A stretch of 64,000 nt of DNA from a virus (IMGVR_UViG_3300032116_000060:39086-103085); one strand, 5' to 3'. Positions 47,775 to 57,853 are shown, counted from the stretch's first letter. Numbers and translations are program-made. Notes: generated by a model not told the origin, from the letters alone.

Positions 47775-48778
47775 TTTACGATTTCAGATTTTACAAAATA
47801 ATCCCAATAAAAATAAGAGGGATGGCCATTTGGATTGAATGTATTGTTTTCTAATTTCTCAAATACTCTTTCTATTGGATACATAGGTTTTATTTGGGTA
47901 GGAGTTCCATCTATATCCTCAACCACTAATGGTGTATATTCACTATCACCATTTCTATAAATGTTTTTCAGATAAACCCATTCCGTTATTCCACCATATT
48001 TACAATTTTCATCATCTAAAAACCAAAAATTATCTAAATCCAATAATCCAAATAAATTCTTAATATATGGATCCGAATTTACAAACGATAATCTTTTTTT
48101 AGTGGCAAATTGTTTATTAATAAAAATAGATCTAAATTGTGAATCTATTGTTGTATCATCAATATAGAATAGAGGGGCAAATGGCAAACTAAATGATTCA
48201 GTTTTGCAAAATACTTTATATGGTATTTTGTTAGCCTTACAATAATTTTGTAGTAATAATATGTGTATAATTGAATCTATATAAGTTGATTCAATGCTAA
48301 ACAAATTTTCTCCGATACTTTTCGCTATCTCTACTAAATTTTTATTTGTTGAAAAATTTGGCGATACGTCACTTAATGTTCCGAATTGAAAAAATCCGTT
48401 TTCACTTCCATCAAATAAATAATTATTATTGCGAACTGAACTATTATCACTTGCAATGTTTTTAATAATCTGAAAAGAGGTTGGAAAATAATGTGATTTT
48501 CTTGTGAATTCGGTGCATTGTAAGATAATAGAAATTTTCTTACCTTCTTTTAGTAATCTATCTGCAATCGATAATATAGATAATACCGAAGTAGATATAT
48601 TATTACCAGCCATTCCCGCATTATATACTTTATTTCTATAATTACGATGAATTGCTTCCGGATACGAACCTAATGGAGATACACCATCTATATCAGGTGT
48701 CATCCCATTTAAAACCATATCCTCATTAAGAGTATTAAAATTAGTGAAGGAACACCCTGCACAAATTATCTCTCTCAT
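47759..48778 (-). CDS. SGNH-like protein with GCSFT block I variant (paralog of 43218..44240)
   Basis: ICAGCSFTNF near the N-terminus; GHPSYF near the C-terminus. Confidence 0.5.
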   Translation of the reverse strand: MREIICAGCSFTNFNTLNEDMVLNGMTPDIDGVSPLGSYPEAIHRNYRNKVYNAGMAGNNISTSVLSILSIADRLLKEGKKISIILQCTEFTRKSHYFPTSFQIIKNIASDNSSVRNNNYLFDGSENGFFQFGTLSDVSPNFSTNKNLVEIAKSIGENLFSIESTYIDSIIHILLLQNYCKANKIPYKVFCKTESFSLPFAPLFYIDDTTIDSQFRSIFINKQFATKKRLSFVNSDPYIKNLFGLLDLDNFWFLDDENCKYGGITEWVYLKNIYRNGDSEYTPLVVEDIDGTPTQIKPMYPIERVFEKLENNTFNPNGHPSYFYWDYFVKSEIVKWEIL

Positions 48779-48784
48779 TAAAAA

Positions 48785-49057
48785 TTAATAGATTGGTGAA
48801 ACAAATAATTGGACTGATGCGAAGTCTTTATATTGGGTATCTTCTTGTATAATGTTGTGAATATACCAATCCAATTTTTCAAATTTAATTTTACCCCCAA
48901 CGTTTAAACAAGGTCCACCCTCAAAATCAAACATTGTGATTCCCTCACTATCGGAGGATTTTCTGATGAAAGCAGAGTTTCCCATAACTCTAACTCTATC
49001 ATGTGAAATTCGCTCTATGGTTCTTTCTTCACCATTGCGATTAATAAGATTTTCCAT
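48785..49057 (-). CDS. hypothetical protein
   Basis: 90-aa ORF. Confidence 0.5.
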   Translation of the reverse strand: MENLINRNGEERTIERISHDRVRVMGNSAFIRKSSDSEGITMFDFEGGPCLNVGGKIKFEKLDWYIHNIIQEDTQYKDFASVQLFVSPIY

Positions 49058-49103
49058 TTTTATAACTTTTGTTGAAACACTATTTTATATAAATACAGAG
49101 ATT

Positions 49104-49337
49104 TTACTTTTTATCTAACAATTTCGAAAAGTATATATAAAAACCAAAAAAACATCCCGCTATACAATACAAAACGAAGTTCGCTTTCCATAAACTTCCT
49201 GTCAGTAATATAAGGGAATACTGCACGGCATCGAATCCAAATGGATTGAAGAATAGAGCCATCATTAAGGCCATATCCTTGTACAGCATTATTCTGTTTT
49301 GCTTGTTTTTTAATTTGTTGATTGTTTCTACTATCAC
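49104..49337 (-). CDS. small membrane protein
   Basis: 77 aa with TM helices; preferred over the alternative frame 49111..49347. Confidence 0.35.
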   Translation of the reverse strand: MIVETINKLKNKQNRIMLYKDMALMMALFFNPFGFDAVQYSLILLTGSLWKANFVLYCIAGCFFGFYIYFSKLLDKK

Positions 49338-49375
49338 CTTCGTCCATCTGTGGTTTATTTAGTTGAAAAATATAA

Positions 49376-49879
49376 CTATTTAAATTTAATGATTAATTCA
49401 CCTAATACTTCAATTAGACCAACTAATCTTTGGAAATGAATCGGCCCCATATCATCGGAAACGCTACATAATTCATCCAAATATTTTTTTAATTCGATTT
49501 GGGCTTCATCTAAATTAAAGCTACCTTCCGATGCTTTTTTATAGTATGGTAGTTTAACTACAAAGTGGTGATATGTTAGTAGAGCGGCTCCACCCTTTTC
49601 TTTCGCATCACCTGAAATTTTAGTTGCTCCTTCTAATCTTTTTGCTGCAAATTCTTCGAATGAAAGGTCTTCTGGATACCCACCTTCGTTTATACCACTT
49701 AATTTAAGAAATGAATCTTTATCAAATTCAACATCTTCTAAATCGAATTTATCCATCATTTGATTTGCTATATCTTTACGATTTTCTTTATCATCCACTT
49801 TAGTTAAAATGTCAGCAACGCCATTTACCATAGCAGTATCGGCATTTCCTTCTTTTAATATGCTTTTTAATCGTATCAT
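49376..49879 (-). CDS. hypothetical protein
   Basis: 167-aa ORF. Confidence 0.5.
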   Translation of the reverse strand: MIRLKSILKEGNADTAMVNGVADILTKVDDKENRKDIANQMMDKFDLEDVEFDKDSFLKLSGINEGGYPEDLSFEEFAAKRLEGATKISGDAKEKGGAALLTYHHFVVKLPYYKKASEGSFNLDEAQIELKKYLDELCSVSDDMGPIHFQRLVGLIEVLGELIIKFK

Positions 49880-49896
49880 CTTCTATAAATATATGA

Positions 49897-50556
49897 TTAT
49901 TTATTTAGTGTGTAATCCCAATTTGTTTCGGATGGTCTCCATTTACCAAAATCTTCACATCTCCAAATTTTCGTGGAATACCTAAAGTATGGGATTTCGG
50001 TGATTGATTCGGTTCTACTCGGTTGATACCATCTTGTACGATTATTAGGTTGGGCAGAGAATTGACCGTTTGTTAGCTTAGAAATGTTGTATGATTTGTG
50101 TTCATTTGGGGTTTCACTCCAACCCGCATCTATTTCATTCGGGTCTGAATGTGCAGTATCTACTGTAAATAGGTATTCCCCTTCAATAGTTGTCTGGTCT
50201 TTGAGTGTTGTAATCGTTTTAGAACCCCTTAGCACCCTTTTCTCTATTACTGATATGTTATATGATAGACAATCCCAAAGTTGTAAGAAATCCAACGGAA
50301 ACACCCTGTCGTTTGATTCTAATTCTCTCCAACGGAAAGCGTGTAATGGTAGCTTATCATATACCGCACCGAACTTATCTATGTAGGTTTCAAATAGTAA
50401 GGCCCTATTCGGTATGGATTTAACTGTCACCCAATGCCCTTTCTCATATTCCCCCTCTCCCAATAATTTACCTTTGGAATCGGTTTGAAAATCGTAAAGA
50501 AACCTTTTATCTACTAAAACCTCAATTGGTGGGATGTTCGCTACTAAATAACTCAT
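49897..50556 (-). CDS. hypothetical protein
   Basis: 219-aa ORF. Confidence 0.55.
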   Translation of the reverse strand: MSYLVANIPPIEVLVDKRFLYDFQTDSKGKLLGEGEYEKGHWVTVKSIPNRALLFETYIDKFGAVYDKLPLHAFRWRELESNDRVFPLDFLQLWDCLSYNISVIEKRVLRGSKTITTLKDQTTIEGEYLFTVDTAHSDPNEIDAGWSETPNEHKSYNISKLTNGQFSAQPNNRTRWYQPSRTESITEIPYFRYSTKIWRCEDFGKWRPSETNWDYTLNK

Positions 50557-50592
50557 CTTATGTATTTAAATTCATATATAAGTATGAATTTT

Positions 50593-51084
50593 TTAGATAA
50601 GATGTTCCAATCCAATAGTGTTTGGTCTTCGGTATTTTATATCAAATTCTGATGTGGTTGTTCCTTGTTTTACCTGCTTTTTATACCACACATATAGGTC
50701 TTCTAACGTTCCCTTTCCTCTCTGTCTTTCCATTGCTTTATCCCACAAATCCTTTTCGAATTCTTTTTTTAACTCACCCCTCAGCCTCCACAAAATCATT
50801 TCCTCATCTCTTGCAGCTTCCATTTCCAATTTGAGTGCTTTTACTCTTTTCATTCTACCGGCTTCTAATGCCGCCTGTTCCCTATTCTTTTCATCAGTTC
50901 CACCATAGTTAGAATAAGCCTCAGAATACGCCTTCTCTGCCGATTTCCTAACACTTTTAGCTTCACTAAACATATAAGAATAATCAAAGTCACCATTTCG
51001 TATCTTCAATAGTAAAGGAGCATCTGCTTTTAGTGGTTTATTAGGTCTACCTTTTGTCCACCATCTATACGGATTATATCCCAT
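50593..51084 (-). CDS. hypothetical basic coiled-coil protein
   Basis: 163-aa ORF. Confidence 0.5.
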   Translation of the reverse strand: MGYNPYRWWTKGRPNKPLKADAPLLLKIRNGDFDYSYMFSEAKSVRKSAEKAYSEAYSNYGGTDEKNREQAALEAGRMKRVKALKLEMEAARDEEMILWRLRGELKKEFEKDLWDKAMERQRGKGTLEDLYVWYKKQVKQGTTTSEFDIKYRRPNTIGLEHLI

Positions 51085-51086
51085 AA

Positions 51087-51347
51087 TTAAAATTTTTGTA
51101 TTACTAACATCGCATCGGTTACATCTTCCTCTCTCAAATAACCAACAACATCTCCATTTGCAACCGAATTATCATAATGAATTTCCCCATCTTTCCAAAC
51201 GGCTAATTCATACAACCCTTTATCACCACCATAGGTGTAAGGTGTCATTACAACAGTAACCCCAAAACCATTATCGAAATCTTCTCTCGCTAGGATACCC
51301 ATACCCATAGGATGAGTTCCAAATTGTAAATCTTTAAATGTTTTCAT
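51087..51347 (-). CDS. hypothetical protein
   Basis: 86-aa ORF; class-A promoter 20 nt upstream. Confidence 0.5.
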   Translation of the reverse strand: MKTFKDLQFGTHPMGMGILAREDFDNGFGVTVVMTPYTYGGDKGLYELAVWKDGEIHYDNSVANGDVVGYLREEDVTDAMLVIQKF

Positions 51348-51366
51348 AAGTGATTTAATTATAGGT

Positions 51367-51400
51367 TAAATATACGAAAAAAATGGCAATTTACCAAATA
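51367..51400 (-). promoter_or_regulatory. class-A promoter box
   Basis: TAAATATACGAAAAAAA...TTTACCAAAT. Confidence 0.4.
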
Positions 51401-51458
51401 AAAAAGGGGGTATTTCTACCCCCCTAAAAACCTCCATTTGAGAGTTAGAGTTATGAAA

Positions 51459-52379
51459 TTATTGGAGATTTTTGAATAACTGAGGAACTTGTCCATATAC
51501 CGGTAACTTACCATCCCATTTGTTAATGTACTCTAATTGTAACAACAATGGTGTCAATGTTTGTTGCTTCATTCTATTTGATTCAGCTTCTGCTTTTGCT
51601 GATGTCAACATAGCCTGAGCGTTACCTTCCGCAGTTGCCACCTTAATCTTAGCCTGTGCTTCTGCCGTTTTAACTTCGTTCTCTGCTCTTAATGCTGCCT
51701 GAACTGCATTATTCTTAGCTTCAATTGATTTCTTAAATGTTTCAGGATAAATCAAATTCGATGTGAACTGATTGATAACAAATCCTTCTTTTAGTAATTG
51801 TGCATCTAATAATCTACGAACTTCGATTTCGAATACTGCTCTATTACTAATCAATTCATCTGCCGTATATTTGTTAGTTGCTAATCTGAATGCATCATAT
51901 ACTGCTGTCTTTAAGAATCCTTCCTCAATATCAACCAATGGTCTACGATACTTACTAAATATAGCCGGTACTTTTTCTCTTTGTACTGAATAGTTCATAA
52001 TAGGCGATACACTAAACTCCGAACCATCCTTTGAGTTTACAATGAATGAATTATCCTCATCCTCTGTCTTTCTATATTCTTTGTGTTGAATAAATGTAGG
52101 GAACTCATAAATTGCAGTTGTGATTGGATTATAAAATACCATTCCCGTAACTGCTACTACATCATCCACACCTTTGTTATCACCATAAAGATTTACTTTG
52201 ACACCCACATGCCCTGCATCAATTCTTTCACAAGATTTAAAAAAGATAATTGATAATAGGAATACTCCGATTCCAATGATTGTTGTTTTGACCATTTTTT
52301 TGATTTTTAATTGTTGTTTTAATTGTTGTTCCTCGCGTTCTTTAGTTTGGCGAGCATACCTTTCTTCAAATGATTCCAT
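51459..52379 (-). CDS. SPFH/band-7 (prohibitin/stomatin-like) membrane protein
   Basis: N-terminal TM helix, SPFH-like core, Ala/Glu-rich coiled-coil tail. Confidence 0.65.
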   Translation of the reverse strand: MESFEERYARQTKEREEQQLKQQLKIKKMVKTTIIGIGVFLLSIIFFKSCERIDAGHVGVKVNLYGDNKGVDDVVAVTGMVFYNPITTAIYEFPTFIQHKEYRKTEDEDNSFIVNSKDGSEFSVSPIMNYSVQREKVPAIFSKYRRPLVDIEEGFLKTAVYDAFRLATNKYTADELISNRAVFEIEVRRLLDAQLLKEGFVINQFTSNLIYPETFKKSIEAKNNAVQAALRAENEVKTAEAQAKIKVATAEGNAQAMLTSAKAEAESNRMKQQTLTPLLLQLEYINKWDGKLPVYGQVPQLFKNLQ

Positions 52380-52484
52380 ATATTATATTATTTATTTTTT
52401 CTTTGTTCTCTATCGTATATCAACTTACCAAAAAATACTAATACAGAAATTGAAATAACCCACACCATTATACTATCTATCATA

Positions 52485-53021
52485 TTACTTTGTTTTAGTT
52501 TTATTCACTGCAATATTTTTAATTTTTGAAAAGTTTACTTCATTTTTTTCCAATTGCCTCTGAATATCATCCTTAGCCATTTGAGCAATCAATTTTTTTG
52601 TTTCATCTGATACTCTACTCATTGGAATTGCAGCCAATGGATCAGCATCTTCTAATTTCTCTCTCCAGCTATCCGCCATTTCTTTTAATATTTCAGGTGG
52701 TATATTTTTTGATTTATAAAAATCTCCCTTAATACCTGCTTTAATTTGAAATTCATCTTTTTGAGCAAATTCTTCATTGGATTGTTCCATCATTTGCTTT
52801 GCCTCTTTTAATTCTTCGGAATCAACTAATCCTTCCGAATTCTTTACATATTCATAAAGAGAAATACCACCCCATAAAACTAATAGTAAAGTGCCTATTC
52901 CTGCCATAATATTTAAAAAAGTATTAGCAGTTGTAAGACCAGGAAAAATTACAAATTCTATAATTAGAAAAATTGTAATGAAGTTGAAAATTGCGGTTTT
53001 GTATTTTTTTAATGTTTGCAT
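52485..53021 (-). CDS. membrane protein
   Basis: 178 aa, two TM helices plus a charged tail. Confidence 0.5.
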   Translation of the reverse strand: MQTLKKYKTAIFNFITIFLIIEFVIFPGLTTANTFLNIMAGIGTLLLVLWGGISLYEYVKNSEGLVDSEELKEAKQMMEQSNEEFAQKDEFQIKAGIKGDFYKSKNIPPEILKEMADSWREKLEDADPLAAIPMSRVSDETKKLIAQMAKDDIQRQLEKNEVNFSKIKNIAVNKTKTK

Positions 53022-53026
53022 TGTTA

Positions 53027-53689
53027 TTAATTTAAAAATGAATTTAAAGTTTGTTTATAAAGTTTACTAAATTTTGTTATTTCTTTTTTATTTGTTTTTT
53101 TACTGAATGAAGTGGTTTCCCAATTAGTCATTAGGTATGCCTGAATTTCATCATCCATAACTTCTAATGTATAACCATAATCAACCAAATTGGTTACAAA
53201 TTGATTATATAATTTTGTAGGTATCATTTGCGTTATTTCATCTGCTAATTCTTTATATAAAGGATTAGTTGAATAAAGACCATGACAAACTTCATGCTTA
53301 AATGTTTCTCCTACTAAATCTCCTGCCCCAATGATATACCCATCACAACTATAATCATTCATTTCATATACCTTTTGAACTATCTCCTCCATTATATTAT
53401 CATATGGTGTGTATGGTTCGGTAAGAGTATCATAGCAGGTGTATGCAATTTCTAATGGTATATTGAACCCACCCCAATCAAATGCGTATGTAAAGGCATC
53501 GCTGTGATTTCTACTATACCATTCAATATAATCCCACATATCGAAACTCTTTCCCTTAAATTGCGGATTAGGTGATTCATAGTATTCCTGCACTCTACAA
53601 AATAGCATTGGCCTATGATAATCATCTGGCACAATTACCGCGAATAGTTTGGGTTTTACTTCTATTATTTTATAATCTATTAGTATCAT
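53027..53689 (-). CDS. hypothetical protein with HExxH motif (HEVCH)
   Basis: 220-aa ORF. Confidence 0.45.
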   Translation of the reverse strand: MILIDYKIIEVKPKLFAVIVPDDYHRPMLFCRVQEYYESPNPQFKGKSFDMWDYIEWYSRNHSDAFTYAFDWGGFNIPLEIAYTCYDTLTEPYTPYDNIMEEIVQKVYEMNDYSCDGYIIGAGDLVGETFKHEVCHGLYSTNPLYKELADEITQMIPTKLYNQFVTNLVDYGYTLEVMDDEIQAYLMTNWETTSFSKKTNKKEITKFSKLYKQTLNSFLN

Positions 53690-53690
53690 T

Positions 53691-54290
53691 TTAAATGTTT
53701 TCGGTTTGGAATATTTTTTCCAATTTAGGAGTTAGTGAGTCGTATTTCATATTAAACTTACTACTCATTGCGTTTACCAAATTTTTATTCTTATATGGAG
53801 AATTTTTAGGTTTACTCCACCTTCTAGTTATCAACATCCAATTGTAAAACTGAACATAAGCATTTGCCTTTTTTACATAATGTTCTAAATCAACCTTCAA
53901 TCCAAATTTCTTAATTATCTTTACTGCCCTTTTTTCATTATCCAATTCCAAATCTCTCGCAACCCCAATATGCTTTTGGATACTTCTGCAATTTTTACCA
54001 TCTAACCACTCCCACACTTTCCCTAATGAAACTTCTGCCTTTTTCCATATCGGAACTTGTTCTACCCATTGTGTTAGATGCCCATATTCATGTGCAAGTA
54101 TTTCAATCCAATCGGGTCTATTTGTAGCAACAACTAATTCCGGTACTTCTTCATCAAACCAACCACTACATTTTACATTTCCATCCATTATAACATACTT
54201 TGAAGGTCGGAGCGAACATTTTACATTATGTTTTTTACACTCATCTTTTACAAACTGAATAAATTGTAATTCCTTTTTAGTTTTAATCAT
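53691..54290 (-). CDS. putative zinc metallopeptidase (HEYGH motif)
   Basis: 199 aa; ILAHEYGHLTQW. Confidence 0.5.
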   Translation of the reverse strand: MIKTKKELQFIQFVKDECKKHNVKCSLRPSKYVIMDGNVKCSGWFDEEVPELVVATNRPDWIEILAHEYGHLTQWVEQVPIWKKAEVSLGKVWEWLDGKNCRSIQKHIGVARDLELDNEKRAVKIIKKFGLKVDLEHYVKKANAYVQFYNWMLITRRWSKPKNSPYKNKNLVNAMSSKFNMKYDSLTPKLEKIFQTENI

Positions 54291-54348
54291 AGGTTGGGTT
54301 TATAAGAAAAGAGGGGATTACTCCCCCCAATTCCCGAGTTATGAAAAA

Positions 54349-55590
54349 TTACCACACAATAGTTTCTTCATTTTCTACCTTCTCATCTTTCATTTCATTG
54401 AAAAGATTTTGGTCAGTTGTTTTGATGTATTTCTGAACCAACTGCTTCACATAAGTTCTCTCACTTTCCAATCCTCCATCATTAGAGAAGAAAGGTAAGA
54501 TAGCAACCTCTGCGGCCTCCATAAGGGAGAATCCATCGTAAAGTAATCCTGCCATTTCTACCGATGCTCTCGTTGAAACCATATTACTCAACTTAGCAAC
54601 CTCTGAACGGCTCACCTCTCTTGTGTTGTGAGCAATCTCACCAATCGCTTTAAGGTCATCATCACTCACCTCAGGATACATCTTTTTAAGTAGTGTGAAT
54701 TCTTCTTCACTATTCAACACATCCATTTCAATTGTAACAAAACGGTCTAAGATAGCTCTATCCAATACCCTAGTCGCGGTGTATTCATTACCGATGTTTG
54801 CGGTAGCGATGAAAGTAACACCTTCTGCCACCTTTACAATCGGTGAACCCTCTGCCTCATCCAAACGAAGGTATCGTTGGTTTTGGTCTAATACTGTCAT
54901 CAAAATGTTCCAAGCATCAGGGTGAGCTCTACTTAACTCATCCAAAAGGATAATTGCGTTAGGAGTTTTAATTGCCTTAACGAAAGCCGATTCAGAGAAG
55001 TAAGTTCCTGTCTCTTTATTGAATTGGGTATTACCAACCAAAGTTGCTCGCGGGTCTTGCGTTGAACCTAAGTTGAAGTAAAAATCAGGTCGTTGTAATT
55101 GGGTAACTAAGAATTTAGCCGCCATAGTTTTACCACAACCCGCCGGCCCTGTCATCATAATGTTCTTACCTCTAACGGCAGAACGAATAAGGTATTTCCA
55201 TTTTATATCCTTGATAATTAGATTATCAGGTTTTAATTTGATTGAATCCTCGTGGATAATACGAAGTAATTCAGAGTGCTCACTTGTGGCCTCAATGTTC
55301 ACCTCACCATTTTCTTTTAATGGTTTAACAAGCATATTGTATTCGGCCATCTCAACCATTCTAAAAGAATTACTACCCTTTGAATTTACATAGCCTCTAA
55401 TTGCTTTACCATTTTCACCTGCTTCACGTCTCATTACCGAGCCAACAAATGTATTGGAGTATTCACCTTCGGTATTTACCAAAAGGTATCGATTTCCAAC
55501 TTTTTCGATTTTGTAGATTTCATTAGTGAAACCTGCCTCATAAACTTTTTGTGATTTTTTCATAACTCTATTTTTGTTTTTAACTCTCAA
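54349..55590 (-). CDS. cobS: MoxR-family AAA+ ATPase, CobS-like
   Basis: Walker A MMTGPAGCGKT and Walker B ILLDELS. The track start is a TTG at 55588-55590; an ATG lies at 55561-55563. Confidence 0.75.
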   Translation of the reverse strand: MRVKNKNRVMKKSQKVYEAGFTNEIYKIEKVGNRYLLVNTEGEYSNTFVGSVMRREAGENGKAIRGYVNSKGSNSFRMVEMAEYNMLVKPLKENGEVNIEATSEHSELLRIIHEDSIKLKPDNLIIKDIKWKYLIRSAVRGKNIMMTGPAGCGKTMAAKFLVTQLQRPDFYFNLGSTQDPRATLVGNTQFNKETGTYFSESAFVKAIKTPNAIILLDELSRAHPDAWNILMTVLDQNQRYLRLDEAEGSPIVKVAEGVTFIATANIGNEYTATRVLDRAILDRFVTIEMDVLNSEEEFTLLKKMYPEVSDDDLKAIGEIAHNTREVSRSEVAKLSNMVSTRASVEMAGLLYDGFSLMEAAEVAILPFFSNDGGLESERTYVKQLVQKYIKTTDQNLFNEMKDEKVENEETIVW

Positions 55591-55593
55591 ACT

Positions 55594-55636
55594 GATTACA
55601 TAGTAAAACTACGAAATAATTCTGAATTTTCCAAGC
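55594..55636 (-). promoter_or_regulatory. class-B motif upstream of the cobS-like gene
   Basis: GATTACATAGTAAAAC ... TGAATTTTCCAAGC. Confidence 0.45.
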
Positions 55637-55701
55637 AATTTATCAATTATTTTGAAAATTTTCTTATTGAGAATCAACGGTTTATAGCCGTTGATAATCA
55701 A

Positions 55702-57777
55702 TTATTTAGAAAGGAACATTTTATTTAGCGTGGTGGTTACTTCACCGATTGAGTTGATGTTAATAAACCTCGCATCAGCCCCATACATCGTTTTAAACTT
55801 AGTTTTAGAACCTTCGGAGTAGTAATCGTTATCTGAAACGAAGTAAGAAAGAACTCCAATACCATTTGCTTTAATCTTATTAACCTGCTTCTTAGTGTGC
55901 TCACAGGCTGCCATTCCACCATACTGAATGTTTCTATTACCAAAGGTAGGTTCACCATCTGATATATTTACAAAGAATGAATCCACATCGTTTGATGCCG
56001 GAACTAACATCTTTTGGATTGCTTCGAATGTCAATCCCTCTGGCGTAGTCCCACACTCTTTAAGATAAGGGAAGATACTTTTGATTTTCTGAAATGAATC
56101 TTTTCTACTATCGTAAGCGAATACAATTACCGGCAAATCATTATCTGAATACCTAAATGTAATTTGTAATTCTAAATTCGAAATCATTGAGGTAGCCTTT
56201 GCGAGTGCAATTGCGTTAATCATCGTTTCTCTCCATTTTCTACCTCCCATTGAGCCACTAGCATCGATAGAAAGGTGAATGTTAGCTTTCTTAAACTTAT
56301 CAACAAATGTTTGTGAGAAAACATTTTCATTATCGAATCCCAAAGTAGCAATCATTCTACCATCAATCTTACCATTTTTCTGGCGATTAAAGATGGTGTT
56401 ACGGGATTCGTTACGAACCTGCAATTTTTTACCCATTACGGTTCCCATCATCTCTGCCTTTGAAAAATCATCAGATTTGATTACTTGATTTAAACTCTTT
56501 TTACCTGTCTTCCAATCTTGATATGCGTATGCCATACCGAAAGAATCATCTTCAAGCATTTTTTTGGTAAGGTTTTTAAGAACGATTACATCACAACCTT
56601 TGGAGTTATGAAGTCCCTCACCAACATGCACAATCTCAGCACCCTGCGATTCAACCGAAGTAATCTCATTCTCTAATGTTTTAGTGATTTTCTTTTTCTT
56701 AACATCACCATCTAAAAACTCTTTTTGTTGTTTGATGATTCTATTAAGTTTCTTCAAAGCACTATCTGAAAGTGAATTAGATGATTTTCCTTCATTAGAA
56801 TCGGATTCACCTTCGGAAGATTCACCTTCGGAAGATTCACTCATACTATTACCACCATCAGCGTCAGAACTCATTGAAGGCCCATTTGAAGAGGGTGTTT
56901 CATTTTCATCACCTTTCATATCCCCAGCATCACCATCTTGTTGATTACCCTCACCCTGCTCATCAGGCTCACCCTGTCCGGCAGATTGATTATTATTTTG
57001 ATTCTCAACCACATCGATGTTTGTAAAGATTACGCTAGCGATTTCTAAGGCCACATTATGTGTATCGATAGAGTTTTTTAATCTATCTATGTTTTTCAAA
57101 TCCAATAGTTTCCAAATCTCTTTTAAACCTTTAAGAGAAGTCAAATCTGATTTTTTATTCATTAGGTTAATCAACCTAAACATATATGATTCACAATTCT
57201 CTTTTTTGAAATCATCACTTTCCAAACCCTTTTCGATGGCCTTATCACCAAAGTAATGTTCGTAAAGTTTAAGGTAATACTCTCTATATCCAGGTGCATT
57301 TTTGTAGATATAGTTGTCAATTCTTCTATCTTCTACAATGTTACCTAAATTCTTCACCATATCAATCACTTGGTATCTACCTAAATTTTTAGTAGCCGCC
57401 AATTCAAACAACGAAGTTGGAATTTTAGAATCCAAATTTCGAAGTAATTCAAAATCCGAAAGAAGAATGTGAGAACCCTCATGCAATGCCAAACCAACAC
57501 CAATGTCAAATTTCTCTGCCTTATCAATGTCACCACTAATAACAACCGATTTACCATCGGTATAGGAGTTGTTAGTAGCAAATGTGACCGGAATGTTTTT
57601 TCCAGTAGCAATTGAAACGAAATTGGAGATGGCCTTACGAGCAGAAGATAAACGATATTTTTTAATAGTATCTACACTTTGTTCGGAAAGGGATGAGAAA
57701 ACGATATCCTCATCAAAATCATGTTCCTCTAACCAGAAGGAGGAGTGGTAGTTGTTGTATTTTTTCATAACTCTCAA
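55702..57777 (-). CDS. cobT: VWA-domain protein, CobT-like, with a long acidic Ser/Glu/Asp-rich insert
   Basis: MIDAS DASGSM; acidic low-complexity region (GEGNQQDGDAGD...SESSEGESSEGESDSNEG). Confidence 0.7.
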   Translation of the reverse strand: MRVMKKYNNYHSSFWLEEHDFDEDIVFSSLSEQSVDTIKKYRLSSARKAISNFVSIATGKNIPVTFATNNSYTDGKSVVISGDIDKAEKFDIGVGLALHEGSHILLSDFELLRNLDSKIPTSLFELAATKNLGRYQVIDMVKNLGNIVEDRRIDNYIYKNAPGYREYYLKLYEHYFGDKAIEKGLESDDFKKENCESYMFRLINLMNKKSDLTSLKGLKEIWKLLDLKNIDRLKNSIDTHNVALEIASVIFTNIDVVENQNNNQSAGQGEPDEQGEGNQQDGDAGDMKGDENETPSSNGPSMSSDADGGNSMSESSEGESSEGESDSNEGKSSNSLSDSALKKLNRIIKQQKEFLDGDVKKKKITKTLENEITSVESQGAEIVHVGEGLHNSKGCDVIVLKNLTKKMLEDDSFGMAYAYQDWKTGKKSLNQVIKSDDFSKAEMMGTVMGKKLQVRNESRNTIFNRQKNGKIDGRMIATLGFDNENVFSQTFVDKFKKANIHLSIDASGSMGGRKWRETMINAIALAKATSMISNLELQITFRYSDNDLPVIVFAYDSRKDSFQKIKSIFPYLKECGTTPEGLTFEAIQKMLVPASNDVDSFFVNISDGEPTFGNRNIQYGGMAACEHTKKQVNKIKANGIGVLSYFVSDNDYYSEGSKTKFKTMYGADARFININSIGEVTTTLNKMFLSK

Positions 57778-57853
57778 ACTTTATACGTCTAAATTATGAA
57801 AAATAATCGAAAAAAACAAGCTTTTTCTAAAAAACTTTTATATTGAAAATCAA

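Noticed and set aside
49111-49347. Alternative minus-strand frame 49111..49347
   Set aside because: It overlaps 49104..49337 out of frame. The other frame gives a typical small membrane protein, and only one can be real
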